Shown here: positions 1 to 8,343 of the stretch, piece after piece
Position numbering within the stretch: the first letter of the stretch is position 1
Layout: each line of letters begins with the position of its first letter
IMG/VR virus record: IMGVR_UViG_3300027848_000021
Span: 1-61,997 of that record
Origin: a virus
Taxonomy: Duplodnaviria > Caudoviricetes
DNA: 61,997 nt
Direction: 5' to 3' (one strand)
Program-made: the position numbers and the translations under genes
The notes under the pieces: generated by a model
Database searches by the model: none
Told to the model about the DNA's origin: nothing
What the model saw: the letters and a program-made list of their open reading frames with translations, nothing else

Positions 1-114
1 TATGATAAAGCAGATTTTGATGCGTCACATGCCATGGACAGGGCTCAGCGCGATGCTTCGGTTGGTCTCTCAGATGCACTAAAAGCCATCGACGAAGAAG
101 GAGAACAGCAATGA
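1..114 (+). CDS. 3' end of small hypothetical protein (5'-partial)
   Basis: Frame 1 open from the window edge to TGA 112-114, overlapping the next start (ATGA) after an AGGAG RBS. Confidence 0.5.
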   Translation, partial: YDKADFDASHAMDRAQRDASVGLSDALKAIDEEGEQQ

Positions 115-569
115 GTGAACCAGTAGACATTGTTGCCCAGATGCGGGCTTACGCGCTTGAGGGCTGTCCTACCACTGATACTTTTAATGAGTGGGCTGAC
201 CACATGGAACGGCTACAAGAACTAGAACCTTCGGCAAAGCGAATAAATGTGGAACTCCTGAAGGCAGAAATCGGAATGTTAAACAGAGAAGTGGAACGGC
301 TAGAAGCGTTGGTGGAATGGCATCGTGTGGAACTCGCTAAACAGATAGAGATGACTAACACGCTAGGGGCAAAAGTGGAACGGCTACAAGCAGACCAAAC
401 GATTCTTTTAGCGACGGCACAAGACGCTTTAGAATGTCTGATTGATTGGGCTAGTTATGCCGACGAATATTTTTTGGTTAAACATGATTTCAAAGGTGAT
501 GTCCAACGGATTTCAAGTGTCACAGACAGATTCCGCAGAAACCTACAGACAGGAGACAGCAATGAATGA
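111..569 (+). CDS. Small phage protein with PVDIVAQMR / EVERL motifs (Ead/Ea22-like motif family)
   Basis: AGGAG RBS, coupled overlap, three ERL repeats. Confidence 0.7.
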   Translation: MSEPVDIVAQMRAYALEGCPTTDTFNEWADHMERLQELEPSAKRINVELLKAEIGMLNREVERLEALVEWHRVELAKQIEMTNTLGAKVERLQADQTILLATAQDALECLIDWASYADEYFLVKHDFKGDVQRISSVTDRFRRNLQTGDSNE

Positions 570-1197
570 GACGCAATATCAAGTGAATGGGATTACGGTT
601 ACGGAAACAGCATTCCTTAAATCTCGTATTGCCAATTACCGGAGCGAACTAGAGTGTTTGCGGGCAGAAGTGGAACAACTACAGGCAGAAGTGCACTGGT
701 TGGAAAAAGTAGAAATGAAAGTGCTACAGAAAGAAATTGACCGCCAGCGCACGGTAATTAAAACTCTTGAAACCAGCGACTGGTTTGCCGAACGCGCCCG
801 CGCCAACTCGCTTCAGTTTGAAATAGAACGGCTACAATCTGAATTAGTTGGGATAAAACTGTTGAACGACCTCCAGGAGGAAGCCATGGAACCCGAAGTA
901 GATGAACGGCTAAAAACCGATGAACTAGGGATGGCTGACGGACACATCAGATATTTGCAGGCAGACAATAAAGCGTTACGGGCGGAAGTCAACCATCTGC
1001 GCTCACTGGTCGTTTATTACGAATCCGACGACGGAGAGAGGGATGTTATGAATAACAACGAAGGCACGCTTGTCACGATTAAACGGGTGTTTGATACAGA
1101 CATGGGATTTCTCCCCGACAACATAGAAAACGCGCTGGAAACTATTTCCGATATTATCCAAACCTGGAAGGAAAAGCGAGTAGGAGACGCCCGATGA
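562..1197 (+). CDS. Coiled-coil hypothetical protein with E(V/I)ERL-type repeats
   Basis: Start moved from the track's 442 to ATG 562, which follows AGGAG. Confidence 0.65.
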   Translation: MNETQYQVNGITVTETAFLKSRIANYRSELECLRAEVEQLQAEVHWLEKVEMKVLQKEIDRQRTVIKTLETSDWFAERARANSLQFEIERLQSELVGIKLLNDLQEEAMEPEVDERLKTDELGMADGHIRYLQADNKALRAEVNHLRSLVVYYESDDGERDVMNNNEGTLVTIKRVFDTDMGFLPDNIENALETISDIIQTWKEKRVGDAR

Positions 1198-1511
1198 GCG
1201 AACCAAATAGTGAGCCAGTAGACCTTGAAGGGCTGTTTGATATTATGACTCAATCTAAATCTAAGAGCCAGATGCGCCGGTTGGCGATACAAACGGGCAT
1301 ATGCGAAACGGTAGACATCGTCGCCATGGGTCGTTTGGTCGCCGGGAATTTGCATGCGACTGGTGATATTGGGTGGGTTATTGACTCGGAGACGGTTGAC
1401 CTTTTGTGCTCCGAAGTTGAACGGCTACAAGTAGAAAACACCCATCTAGAAAGAGAAAAGGCGGCGTTAATAAGAATCGCCGCCGACCCTACAATTAGGA
1501 GACAGGAATGA
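1194..1511 (+). CDS. Small hypothetical protein (VDIVA/EVERL family)
   Basis: AGGAG RBS, ATGA overlap, shared motifs. Confidence 0.65.
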   Translation: MSEPNSEPVDLEGLFDIMTQSKSKSQMRRLAIQTGICETVDIVAMGRLVAGNLHATGDIGWVIDSETVDLLCSEVERLQVENTHLEREKAALIRIAADPTIRRQE

Positions 1512-2032
1512 GTAATTACAGTGACATGGATGAAATCGGGCGGCTACAGCAACAGTCCGACGGCTACAAAGAACATGTCCTGCTGTTGAAAGAACAGGTC
1601 GCTTCGCTACAAGCAGAGAACAGTCTGCTAAAAAAATCCATATCCATAGAGTCAGAAGTATTCAGTATCGGCGAACCGTACCGAGAAGTTGTGTCGGCGG
1701 CAGATGAGTACCTAGAAATGAACCGCGAACACGGCATTGAGCCGTACATGTCCCCGACTGCCGACTGGAGAGAAATCGCGGCGAAAGCCATACTTGGAGA
1801 ACCAAACCCACCATACCCCGTAGTACCAAAACGCCCACGACTTACCAGAAACGCAGCACACTGTTTAACTTGCGACACAATTATAGAATCTACCCATCGT
1901 CATAATTGGGTTGCGTGTAAATGTGCGGATAATTCCGACACCGAAATCTACGTCGACGGCGGGTTAAGTTACTCGCGGCGTGGTGCAGGAGTAAACGCTA
2001 TCTACACTGATTTGTGCGAGTACACGAAATGA
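1508..2032 (+). CDS. Hypothetical protein with C-terminal putative Zn-binding domain
   Basis: RNAAHCLTC...HRHNWVACKC...VDGG pattern. Confidence 0.65.
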   Translation: MSNYSDMDEIGRLQQQSDGYKEHVLLLKEQVASLQAENSLLKKSISIESEVFSIGEPYREVVSAADEYLEMNREHGIEPYMSPTADWREIAAKAILGEPNPPYPVVPKRPRLTRNAAHCLTCDTIIESTHRHNWVACKCADNSDTEIYVDGGLSYSRRGAGVNAIYTDLCEYTK

Positions 2033-2412
2033 CACTTTACCCAAAGTCACGAGAGTACGAACTGTCAGTACTTGTCGCCGAAATCACGAACGCCACTGTT
2101 ATGCGTGAACATAATCTCGGGATAATACATGAACAGTTTGCGACAGCGAAGGCTAAAGCATGCGAAAAATATACCGAAGCGATATTGGACATTGACGAGT
2201 ACGAAGCGGGCACCGAAGCGAATCGTCAGCATGCTCTCCGTAAGGAAGAATCCGATGCACTCGCCGACGAAGTGTTCGCCAAACTAGGGAGAGAATACGA
2301 CGGACTTGACAAGTTTCGGGAACACACCGCCGGCGAGAACATTCGTCTCGGCAGACGACCATACACCGAGGCAGATGCCGTCCGCGACCGGGCTATGAAT
2401 TTCCCGTCATGA
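2029..2412 (+). CDS. Hypothetical protein
   Basis: ATGA overlaps at both ends. Confidence 0.55.
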   Translation: MTLYPKSREYELSVLVAEITNATVMREHNLGIIHEQFATAKAKACEKYTEAILDIDEYEAGTEANRQHALRKEESDALADEVFAKLGREYDGLDKFREHTAGENIRLGRRPYTEADAVRDRAMNFPS

Positions 2413-2840
2413 GTGAAGTAGATATTGTTGCCGAGATGCGTGACCAGGCTGAGTGGCAAGAAACCGCACTAGACAACCCGTTCACGGCGAAAGACATGCG
2501 TAGGTGGGCAACCGAAGTGGAACGGCTACGGGGTATCCTAGACATTGTTGTTGCTGCCGATGACACAAAAGGATGGTTGGCGCATCAGATACAGCAACAG
2601 CGTGGGCTATTGAGAGAGGATGGGTACGAAATGAGTAAAGAACTGACAACACAAACGGTGTATTTCTGGATACTGATGACGGTCATCGGTTTTACGATAT
2701 TCGGGATTATCTTTGGACTACATTCCCTGGGGTGGGCCGCGGTCTTCCTTATTTTCGCTTTCATCGCCGTCGCGTTTGGTGTCCTCGTAACAATGATAGT
2801 AGAAGAAGCGGTTGATAACTATAACGAGAACCGTCGCTGA
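2409..2840 (+). CDS. VDIVAEMR/EVERL protein fused to two predicted transmembrane helices
   Basis: Motifs in the N-terminal half; hydrophobic C-terminal half after an internal Met at 2631. Confidence 0.6.
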   Translation: MSEVDIVAEMRDQAEWQETALDNPFTAKDMRRWATEVERLRGILDIVVAADDTKGWLAHQIQQQRGLLREDGYEMSKELTTQTVYFWILMTVIGFTIFGIIFGLHSLGWAAVFLIFAFIAVAFGVLVTMIVEEAVDNYNENRR

Positions 2841-3064
2841 TGAAAACTAAACTCGTCAAATCGACAAATAACCCATTCTTGCGACTGTATGGCAATGTGG
2901 CATCATCATGGACAATAAAACTACTCGAACCGGTATGGGTAGATGACAAGCACAACATATTTACATGGCCCCTTGCCGCTATCATGAATCACTCGTTAAA
3001 ATACGCTGATTTTTACGAAGTAATTGATTGGGAATTGGGAGGAGAGAGCAATGAACGTTCCTGA
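2840..3064 (+). CDS. Hypothetical protein
   Basis: TGATG overlap with the upstream gene. Confidence 0.5.
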   Translation: MKTKLVKSTNNPFLRLYGNVASSWTIKLLEPVWVDDKHNIFTWPLAAIMNHSLKYADFYEVIDWELGGESNERS

Positions 3065-3263
3065 CCCGAATAAGCCGGTAGATGTTCTTGCCGAAATGCG
3101 GTTGCGTGTCGCCCGCCAGCCGCCCTTTCCGTGGACTCATGAAAAAGCAACTATCGTCACGCTGACAATGCTCGACGGGTGGATTGCTGAAGTGGAACGG
3201 TTGCGGTCGGTTATTGCTTCATTGGCAACCAAGTTTATAACATCGTCAGCAGACACGCGATGA
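3051..3263 (+). CDS. Small hypothetical protein (PVDVLAEMR/EVERL family)
   Basis: GGAGG RBS before ATG 3051; shared motifs. Confidence 0.6.
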   Translation: MNVPDPNKPVDVLAEMRLRVARQPPFPWTHEKATIVTLTMLDGWIAEVERLRSVIASLATKFITSSADTR

Positions 3264-3646
3264 GCACAATAAATTGGTCTAAAGAAGATGCGGAACGTCA
3301 CGCCACGAGAGAAAAGGCTATCGCGGAACTAGATAGGGCATCTGACGCAAAACGGGGTGTTTACGGCGCGTCAGATATTGCCACCGAAGGGCGAGCACTA
3401 GCGGCGCAAATTAGGACGGGTCTTCTTGTCCCTGCTTCTGCCCAGGGGATTGTGACCGCATTGTGTAAGGATGTGGAGCGCCTACAGGGGCTATTAGTTC
3501 AGGAGAACGCTTTCGGCGAGCAGTACGAGGCGGTCATAGTGAGTCTCGGCAAAGAAATAGCGAGGCTACGCGTACAGTTAGAGATAGCGAACGACAGACT
3601 TATAGACCATGTGTTTCAACAGAAAATAATAGACAGTGAAAACTAA
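3260..3646 (+). CDS. Small hypothetical protein (DIATEGR/DVERL)
   Basis: ATGA overlap; shared motifs. Confidence 0.6.
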   Translation: MSTINWSKEDAERHATREKAIAELDRASDAKRGVYGASDIATEGRALAAQIRTGLLVPASAQGIVTALCKDVERLQGLLVQENAFGEQYEAVIVSLGKEIARLRVQLEIANDRLIDHVFQQKIIDSEN

Positions 3647-3812
3647 AGCCGAAATAGAGACCGAGTACCTGAGGGCGCGCTCCCACGCCTGGATTAAGTA
3701 TCTAAAAGCGTGTATGCCCGCACAGGTTGAATACAGCGCCGAAATCGCTCAGGCGAAGGTAGAATACGAGAAGTCACTAGAAGACATCGGCGAAAAGGAA
3801 AACGTGGTATGA
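3636..3812 (+). CDS. 58-aa hypothetical protein (not in ORF track)
   Basis: GTG...TGA fills the gap exactly and overlaps the next start (ATGA). Confidence 0.5.
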   Translation: MKTKAEIETEYLRARSHAWIKYLKACMPAQVEYSAEIAQAKVEYEKSLEDIGEKENVV

Positions 3813-4318
3813 CTAAATATGTTATCGCGGGCACTGGTTCACGCAACCTGGTGCTTGATGAAGATAAATATAACGGAGTGATGATTAGGCTCCGTGAATT
3901 ATTGAGAGACGCGAAGGCTGAACACGGCGACAACTTGATGGTTATATCCGGATTCGCAGAGGGATTCGACGAGGCGTTAGCAGGGGCGGCGCTGATAGAA
4001 AAAGTTAAGTTACTAGCCGCTATCCCGAATGCTGGTTACGGCGACTACTACTGGAAACATAACTCACTTCTAAAGTTAGACAGAAGCGTCCCTTTCCAAG
4101 TGTTGACCGATTACGCCAAATCTACGGGCGGGATTGAATATGTTTGTCGCAAGGTTTACCAAAACGGCAGGCACTCCAACTTCATTCGCAACGAGTGGAT
4201 GGCTGACCGCGCGAGTATTGTCTGGGTTTACAATCCTGTCACAAAGGGCACAAAGCAGTGCTACGAGTACTGTTTAAGTAAGAACATTGAAACACGAGTC
4301 ATTGACGCGGTTGCCTAA
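3809..4318 (+). CDS. SLOG-superfamily (YspA/DprA-like) protein
   Basis: IAGTGSR, ISGFAEGFD, IRNEWMAD, GTKQC motifs. Confidence 0.7.
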   Translation: MTKYVIAGTGSRNLVLDEDKYNGVMIRLRELLRDAKAEHGDNLMVISGFAEGFDEALAGAALIEKVKLLAAIPNAGYGDYYWKHNSLLKLDRSVPFQVLTDYAKSTGGIEYVCRKVYQNGRHSNFIRNEWMADRASIVWVYNPVTKGTKQCYEYCLSKNIETRVIDAVA

Positions 4319-4515
4319 TGAGAAACACAAACAGGCGACCGTTATGGCTGTGGCTGTATGACTTGAGCGCCATTATCCCGCGCCGCTGGTCGGAACGGTA
4401 CAGTTGGTACGATGTGAAGAAATGGTTTAACTACTGTTTTCGTCGCCAACTGTGGATGCAACAACAATGGATAGAATGGGGCGAAGACAGCGAGCAGTGG
4501 GATTCCAAAGAATAG
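4318..4515 (+). CDS. Trp-rich hypothetical protein
   Basis: TAATG overlap. Confidence 0.45.
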   Translation: MRNTNRRPLWLWLYDLSAIIPRRWSERYSWYDVKKWFNYCFRRQLWMQQQWIEWGEDSEQWDSKE

Positions 4516-4517
4516 AC

Positions 4518-4664
4518 ATGACCTAACCGATAGATATTGTTGCGAACGGGCGCGCCCTGGCTCTTTGGGCTGGCCCCCGAATATCATCCGTTATCAACGC
4601 ATTGTGTGACGAAGTAGAACGGCTACGGAAAGAACAACCCACCAGTAAAGGGAAAACAAAATGA
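4518..4664 (+). pseudogene. VDIVA/EVERL-family gene with a nonsense codon at codon 3
   Basis: ATG ACC TAA CCG ATA GAT ATT GTT = MT*PIDIV versus paralog MSEPVDIV; continues to DEVERLR and an ATGA overlap. Confidence 0.6.
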
Positions 4665-4840
4665 AAACTGAAAACAAACGCGTAGACGTGCCGTGGAAAA
4701 ACTGTCAAACAGCAATGGACACAGCGGAGAACATCTACAACAATGCACTCAAATCTGCGCTCGCGACTTACGAGTATGCACTGGATTACGCGGTGCGGAT
4801 GTATGTGACGGCTTTAAAAAGTGAAGGAGACACGAAATGA
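4661..4840 (+). CDS. 59-aa hypothetical protein (not in ORF track)
   Basis: ATGA overlaps at both ends. Confidence 0.5.
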   Translation: MKTENKRVDVPWKNCQTAMDTAENIYNNALKSALATYEYALDYAVRMYVTALKSEGDTK

Positions 4841-5145
4841 GTACAGACGAAGTGACTACGGATATTGTTGCCGAGATGCGGGCGCTGGTGTTATTATGCG
4901 TGAACGGTGCTCAAGTCCCACCCAGTGCGACGATACGCACCACGCTCAACAAGTGGGCCGATGAAATAGAACGGTTACAAAAAGTATTGTGGGATACCGA
5001 AGAGAACCGCGACTACATCAAAGACCATGTTGAGATGCTGCTCCGAGAATGTCGCGTCGCAGAAACCGAGGTAAAACGGCTACAGACAGAAGTAGACATG
5101 ATGCGCAAACTTATGGTTCATTACGAAACCGCCGGAGGAACATGA
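4837..5145 (+). CDS. Small hypothetical protein (DIVAEMR/EIERL family)
   Basis: AAGGAG RBS; shared motifs. Confidence 0.65.
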   Translation: MSTDEVTTDIVAEMRALVLLCVNGAQVPPSATIRTTLNKWADEIERLQKVLWDTEENRDYIKDHVEMLLRECRVAETEVKRLQTEVDMMRKLMVHYETAGGT

Positions 5146-5390
5146 TTCCTGTTAACTATCGTGCCGGTTGCGAAATCTAAACCTGTAAAATCTTCAAAAA
5201 TAACTGCGGCTATACGATTGCGTATTATGTTTATTAGTTGTGCATCGCGTTTTGACAGTTTAGAAAACCATATGACGCGGTTTGCCCAAAACGGGTGACC
5301 AGAACCGTCCCATCCGTCGTATTCGGCAATAATAGATTTCAGATGTTCGGCGGTATCGTTGTCTAGGAATTTATCTTTAGTGACAATCAT
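5121..5390 (-). pseudogene. Possible truncated 2OG-Fe(II) oxygenase (prolyl-hydroxylase-like N-terminus)
   Basis: TGATG-coupled start; KFL..., FWANR and IRNRI resemble phage P4H-like N-termini; stops before any HxD...H. Confidence 0.35.
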
Positions 5391-5617
5391 CACCATTTCC
5401 CTATAGGGCATACGGCGGCTGCCAATTTCACCTTTATCTTCATGAAACAGCCGCACTCCATGCACTGGCTGGTTGCTTTAAGTAAGCGTGGACATGCTTC
5501 ACAAATCGCCCATCTGTCGGATGCGACTTCTTCGGTAGTCTTTTCTATATTGGGGTTGATAATGTCCCACGGACGGGTTTCTCCCAATTTTGCCTTGTAG
5601 TCACTCCATGCGCTCAT
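5390..5617 (-). CDS. Small Cys-rich protein (DUF6171-like)
   Basis: RWAICEAC...QCMECGCFM...CPIGKW. Confidence 0.7.
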   Translation of the reverse strand: MSAWSDYKAKLGETRPWDIINPNIEKTTEEVASDRWAICEACPRLLKATSQCMECGCFMKIKVKLAAAVCPIGKW

Positions 5618-6609
5618 AAGATGTCCCCGTAGTCTATCCCCATTGCTTGAGCATATTCCATATATGCCTTTTCGTCCTTAGCCCCAAAATACCCTAATTC
5701 TTTACCCCTTAGTATTAGTTTATAATGATGTGAAAAATTTTGATGTAAGAAAGTTAGCGAGCCGTGTATATACTTCCCATTGTTTGAACCAATATTCTCA
5801 AAATATTGTTCTGTTTTGTTCATAGTCATAACACTTTGTTCTCCGATGGCAAACATTCTATAACCATTCCCATGAGCCCTCATTGCTATTGTGTGTTCTT
5901 CTCCAAAGAATACAATTCTGGGGTCAGCAAATACATCTTTAACAAAACTGCCCGAAGCAAATATGAATCCTCCAGATACAAAATAGTGTTCTTTGTAGAT
6001 TATAGTTTTCCACAATTCTTCAATATGTGTGTCTTCTTCAATCAGGGTTGTCTGTCCGTCGGTTCTTGGCAATGTGATGTTAATAAGTTCATTTTTAAGT
6101 CCCTGAACATGCGGGCCGGAAAAATCATTGAATTTCAGGCTTCCATCTGCTTTTTTTTCAAAATATGGGATTCTGTAACTTATGATGGGTTTTTCGTAAC
6201 CATCATCCTTAATAATATTATAGTTTTTTATAAGAATTGAATCCCAATCCTGTTCAAATCTTGAATGAGCATCTATCCTCAAGAAAAACTCTTGATAGTC
6301 GTATAATGCCATTGCAATAGTAAAGGATAGCCCTAAACCAAGAGCAAACTTTGAAGATGTATTTACTACTCTGACATTTGGAAATCCAGAAAAATCTTCA
6401 AAATTAGTTCCTATTTTTTGATTCGCAATTCCTATGAATATTTTTGCTGGATTCGCGGCTTTTTTAAAACAATCTTCAACGGTTTCATATAGGTCTTCTT
6501 CTTCAAAAGCTGGAATTGCTACAAAGATAGAATCCGAATTGTGTGTTTTGTTGACCGTTGGGTTCTCGTAATCAGGGTTCTTTTTTTTATATTCCTGCCA
6601 CGCTAACAT
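5614..6609 (-). CDS. Glycosyltransferase, GT60/GlcNAc-transferase-like (GT-A fold)
   Basis: IFVAIPAFEE, FLRIDAHSRFEQDWD, GGFIF, FFGEE; visibly AT-rich. Confidence 0.75.
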   Translation of the reverse strand: MLAWQEYKKKNPDYENPTVNKTHNSDSIFVAIPAFEEEDLYETVEDCFKKAANPAKIFIGIANQKIGTNFEDFSGFPNVRVVNTSSKFALGLGLSFTIAMALYDYQEFFLRIDAHSRFEQDWDSILIKNYNIIKDDGYEKPIISYRIPYFEKKADGSLKFNDFSGPHVQGLKNELINITLPRTDGQTTLIEEDTHIEELWKTIIYKEHYFVSGGFIFASGSFVKDVFADPRIVFFGEEHTIAMRAHGNGYRMFAIGEQSVMTMNKTEQYFENIGSNNGKYIHGSLTFLHQNFSHHYKLILRGKELGYFGAKDEKAYMEYAQAMGIDYGDIL

Positions 6610-6612
6610 TGG

Positions 6613-6933
6613 TCATGCTACTGGTCGTGAAAAAACGCCATCGGCGTACATGTATCCAATCTGCGCCGAATCTAACATATTTACTGGAATCTCAATGACC
6701 TTGGGGTCGGATGACATTGCCGCAATCGTACCCTCGGAACCCGGCATGAGTAAAAATAGTTGCTTATACGCAACTTCTCCGTTAACGGTATATATAAAAA
6801 GTTTAAATTGTTCTGGATTGGTGCGTGAATTCGGCATAGAAGGACCGAAATAACCCGGAATAGGTGGTGCACCTACAGCCGAAAGTTCAAGAAATCGTAT
6901 TCCATCCACCGTGGTTATGTCTCCTGCTGCCAT
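6613..6933 (-). CDS. Hypothetical protein, possibly tail-fibre associated
   Basis: AGGAG RBS; position; C-terminal GYMYADGVFSRP. Confidence 0.55.
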   Translation of the reverse strand: MAAGDITTVDGIRFLELSAVGAPPIPGYFGPSMPNSRTNPEQFKLFIYTVNGEVAYKQLFLLMPGSEGTIAAMSSDPKVIEIPVNMLDSAQIGYMYADGVFSRPVA

Positions 6934-6982
6934 ATGTTTTCTCCTATCGTCGTGTTTAGCATAGCATTATGTTCATTGGTTG

Positions 6983-7489
6983 TTAACAGGAATAAAGACA
7001 TGTCAAGAAGCAACCCAATGAGGTGCAACCGGGCTTTGAGCATTCATTGTATCCCGTAGCAAAAAAACATCCCACGCCAAAAAAGTCACCGCACACTATA
7101 ACCATAGTACAGGAGTAACTCCCGTCCCCACATGCACCACTACAGCTAGCGAAAGACGGCGGAAAGAATGGCGGGAAAAAGGGTGGGAAGAACGGTGGGA
7201 AGAACGGTGGGAAGAACGGTGGGAAGAAGGGCGGGAAGAAAGGACTTTTCCGAGCGTAATTAATGGGCGTACCGAGTACGGCCACCGAGGCATCGGTTAT
7301 CGCAGGTATTACTTTGTCATCATCTGCTGGCACATCCGTAGATGTCGTAGCCACTGTTCCAACAACAAATCCAGCTGAAGTTATAATGGTGTTGGCATCC
7401 GCTGTGCTGGTTCCAGACGCAATTATTGGTTTAGTGGCTCTCCTCTTGGAACCTTTATTGCCGCTGGATGCGGGATGTTTGGCAGTCAT
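6983..7489 (-). CDS. PASTA-like N-domain + (PPFF)n linker + 10-Cys C-terminal domain
   Basis: TAATG-coupled start at 7489; repeat and Cys count read directly; PASTA-likeness is a weak impression. Confidence 0.7.
   Translation of the reverse strand: MTAKHPASSGNKGSKRRATKPIIASGTSTADANTIITSAGFVVGTVATTSTDVPADDDKVIPAITDASVAVLGTPINYARKSPFFPPFFPPFFPPFFPPFFPPFFPPFFPPSFASCSGACGDGSYSCTMVIVCGDFFGVGCFFATGYNECSKPGCTSLGCFLTCLYSC
7151..7246 (-). repeat. Eight 12-bp units encoding SPFF-(PPFF)6-PPSF
   Basis: gaagaacggtgg-type units with synonymous variation. Confidence 0.95.
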
Positions 7490-8301
7490 TAGATGACCGT
7501 ATCCCCCATTATGACCCACGTATCGGTTGCTCGTTTAACCAGCGTGCCAGATGACCACTGTGCTCTTAACTTTAAACCTAATGAAGAGTTGATTGTTACT
7601 CCGGCTCCAGCCGTCACTGTTGTTTGACCGGCTCCCGTTTGTAAAATTGTGATATTTGTGCCAACAGAAAATGCTACGGAAGAATTTGGTGGCACTGTAA
7701 AAGTATTAGCCCCAGCAACGAGTATTTCTATCATCTTATCTCTGTCGGTCAACACCGCCGTATAACTGGCTACTTGAGCGTTAACAACGGCATCGGCTAT
7801 TTTATTTAGGTCAATCGCGGCTGACGCGTTGATGTCAGCATTGACAATTTTCCCTGCCGCTATCTCCACGACGCCCGCATTGGTGATTGTGACATCCCCA
7901 GAAACTGCTGTTGCTGTTGGGACACCGTCCGAGTTATGGAGCACAATTGTTGCCGCGGCGCCTGTGGCAAGTTTAGAGAGGGCAATCGCGGCTGACGCGT
8001 TGATGTCAGCATTGACAATTGCGCCGTCAACAATCTTTGCTGACGTTATAGTGCTGTCACCTACCGAAAACTGACTGGAGTCAATCCATGCGGCCCCATC
8101 GTAAAATTGGATTAAATTGGTGCTCTCCAAATAGCAAATACGGCCCTCCGAGAGGGTTGGTTCTCCGACTCCGCCGAAAGCCGCGTCACGAGCAGCAGCC
8201 GTTGCGAATACAGTAACAGCCTGGTCCATGAGATAGACATTGGTTTGTGCCGCGGTGAGGATTTCTCCCTGCACGAATAATTTTGTTCCGGCGCCAGCCA
8301 T
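7489..8301 (-). CDS. Tail fibre / minor tail protein
   Basis: FxxGEILTAA N-terminus; IVNADINASAAI repeat (38-bp exact copies at 7812-7849 and 7983-8020); LRAQWS...WVIMGD C-terminus. Confidence 0.75.
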   Translation of the reverse strand: MAGAGTKLFVQGEILTAAQTNVYLMDQAVTVFATAAARDAAFGGVGEPTLSEGRICYLESTNLIQFYDGAAWIDSSQFSVGDSTITSAKIVDGAIVNADINASAAIALSKLATGAAATIVLHNSDGVPTATAVSGDVTITNAGVVEIAAGKIVNADINASAAIDLNKIADAVVNAQVASYTAVLTDRDKMIEILVAGANTFTVPPNSSVAFSVGTNITILQTGAGQTTVTAGAGVTINSSLGLKLRAQWSSGTLVKRATDTWVIMGDTVI

Positions 8302-8343
8302 CTTTATTTCTCCTTATCGGCGGTATCCAATATTAGCATTGCT

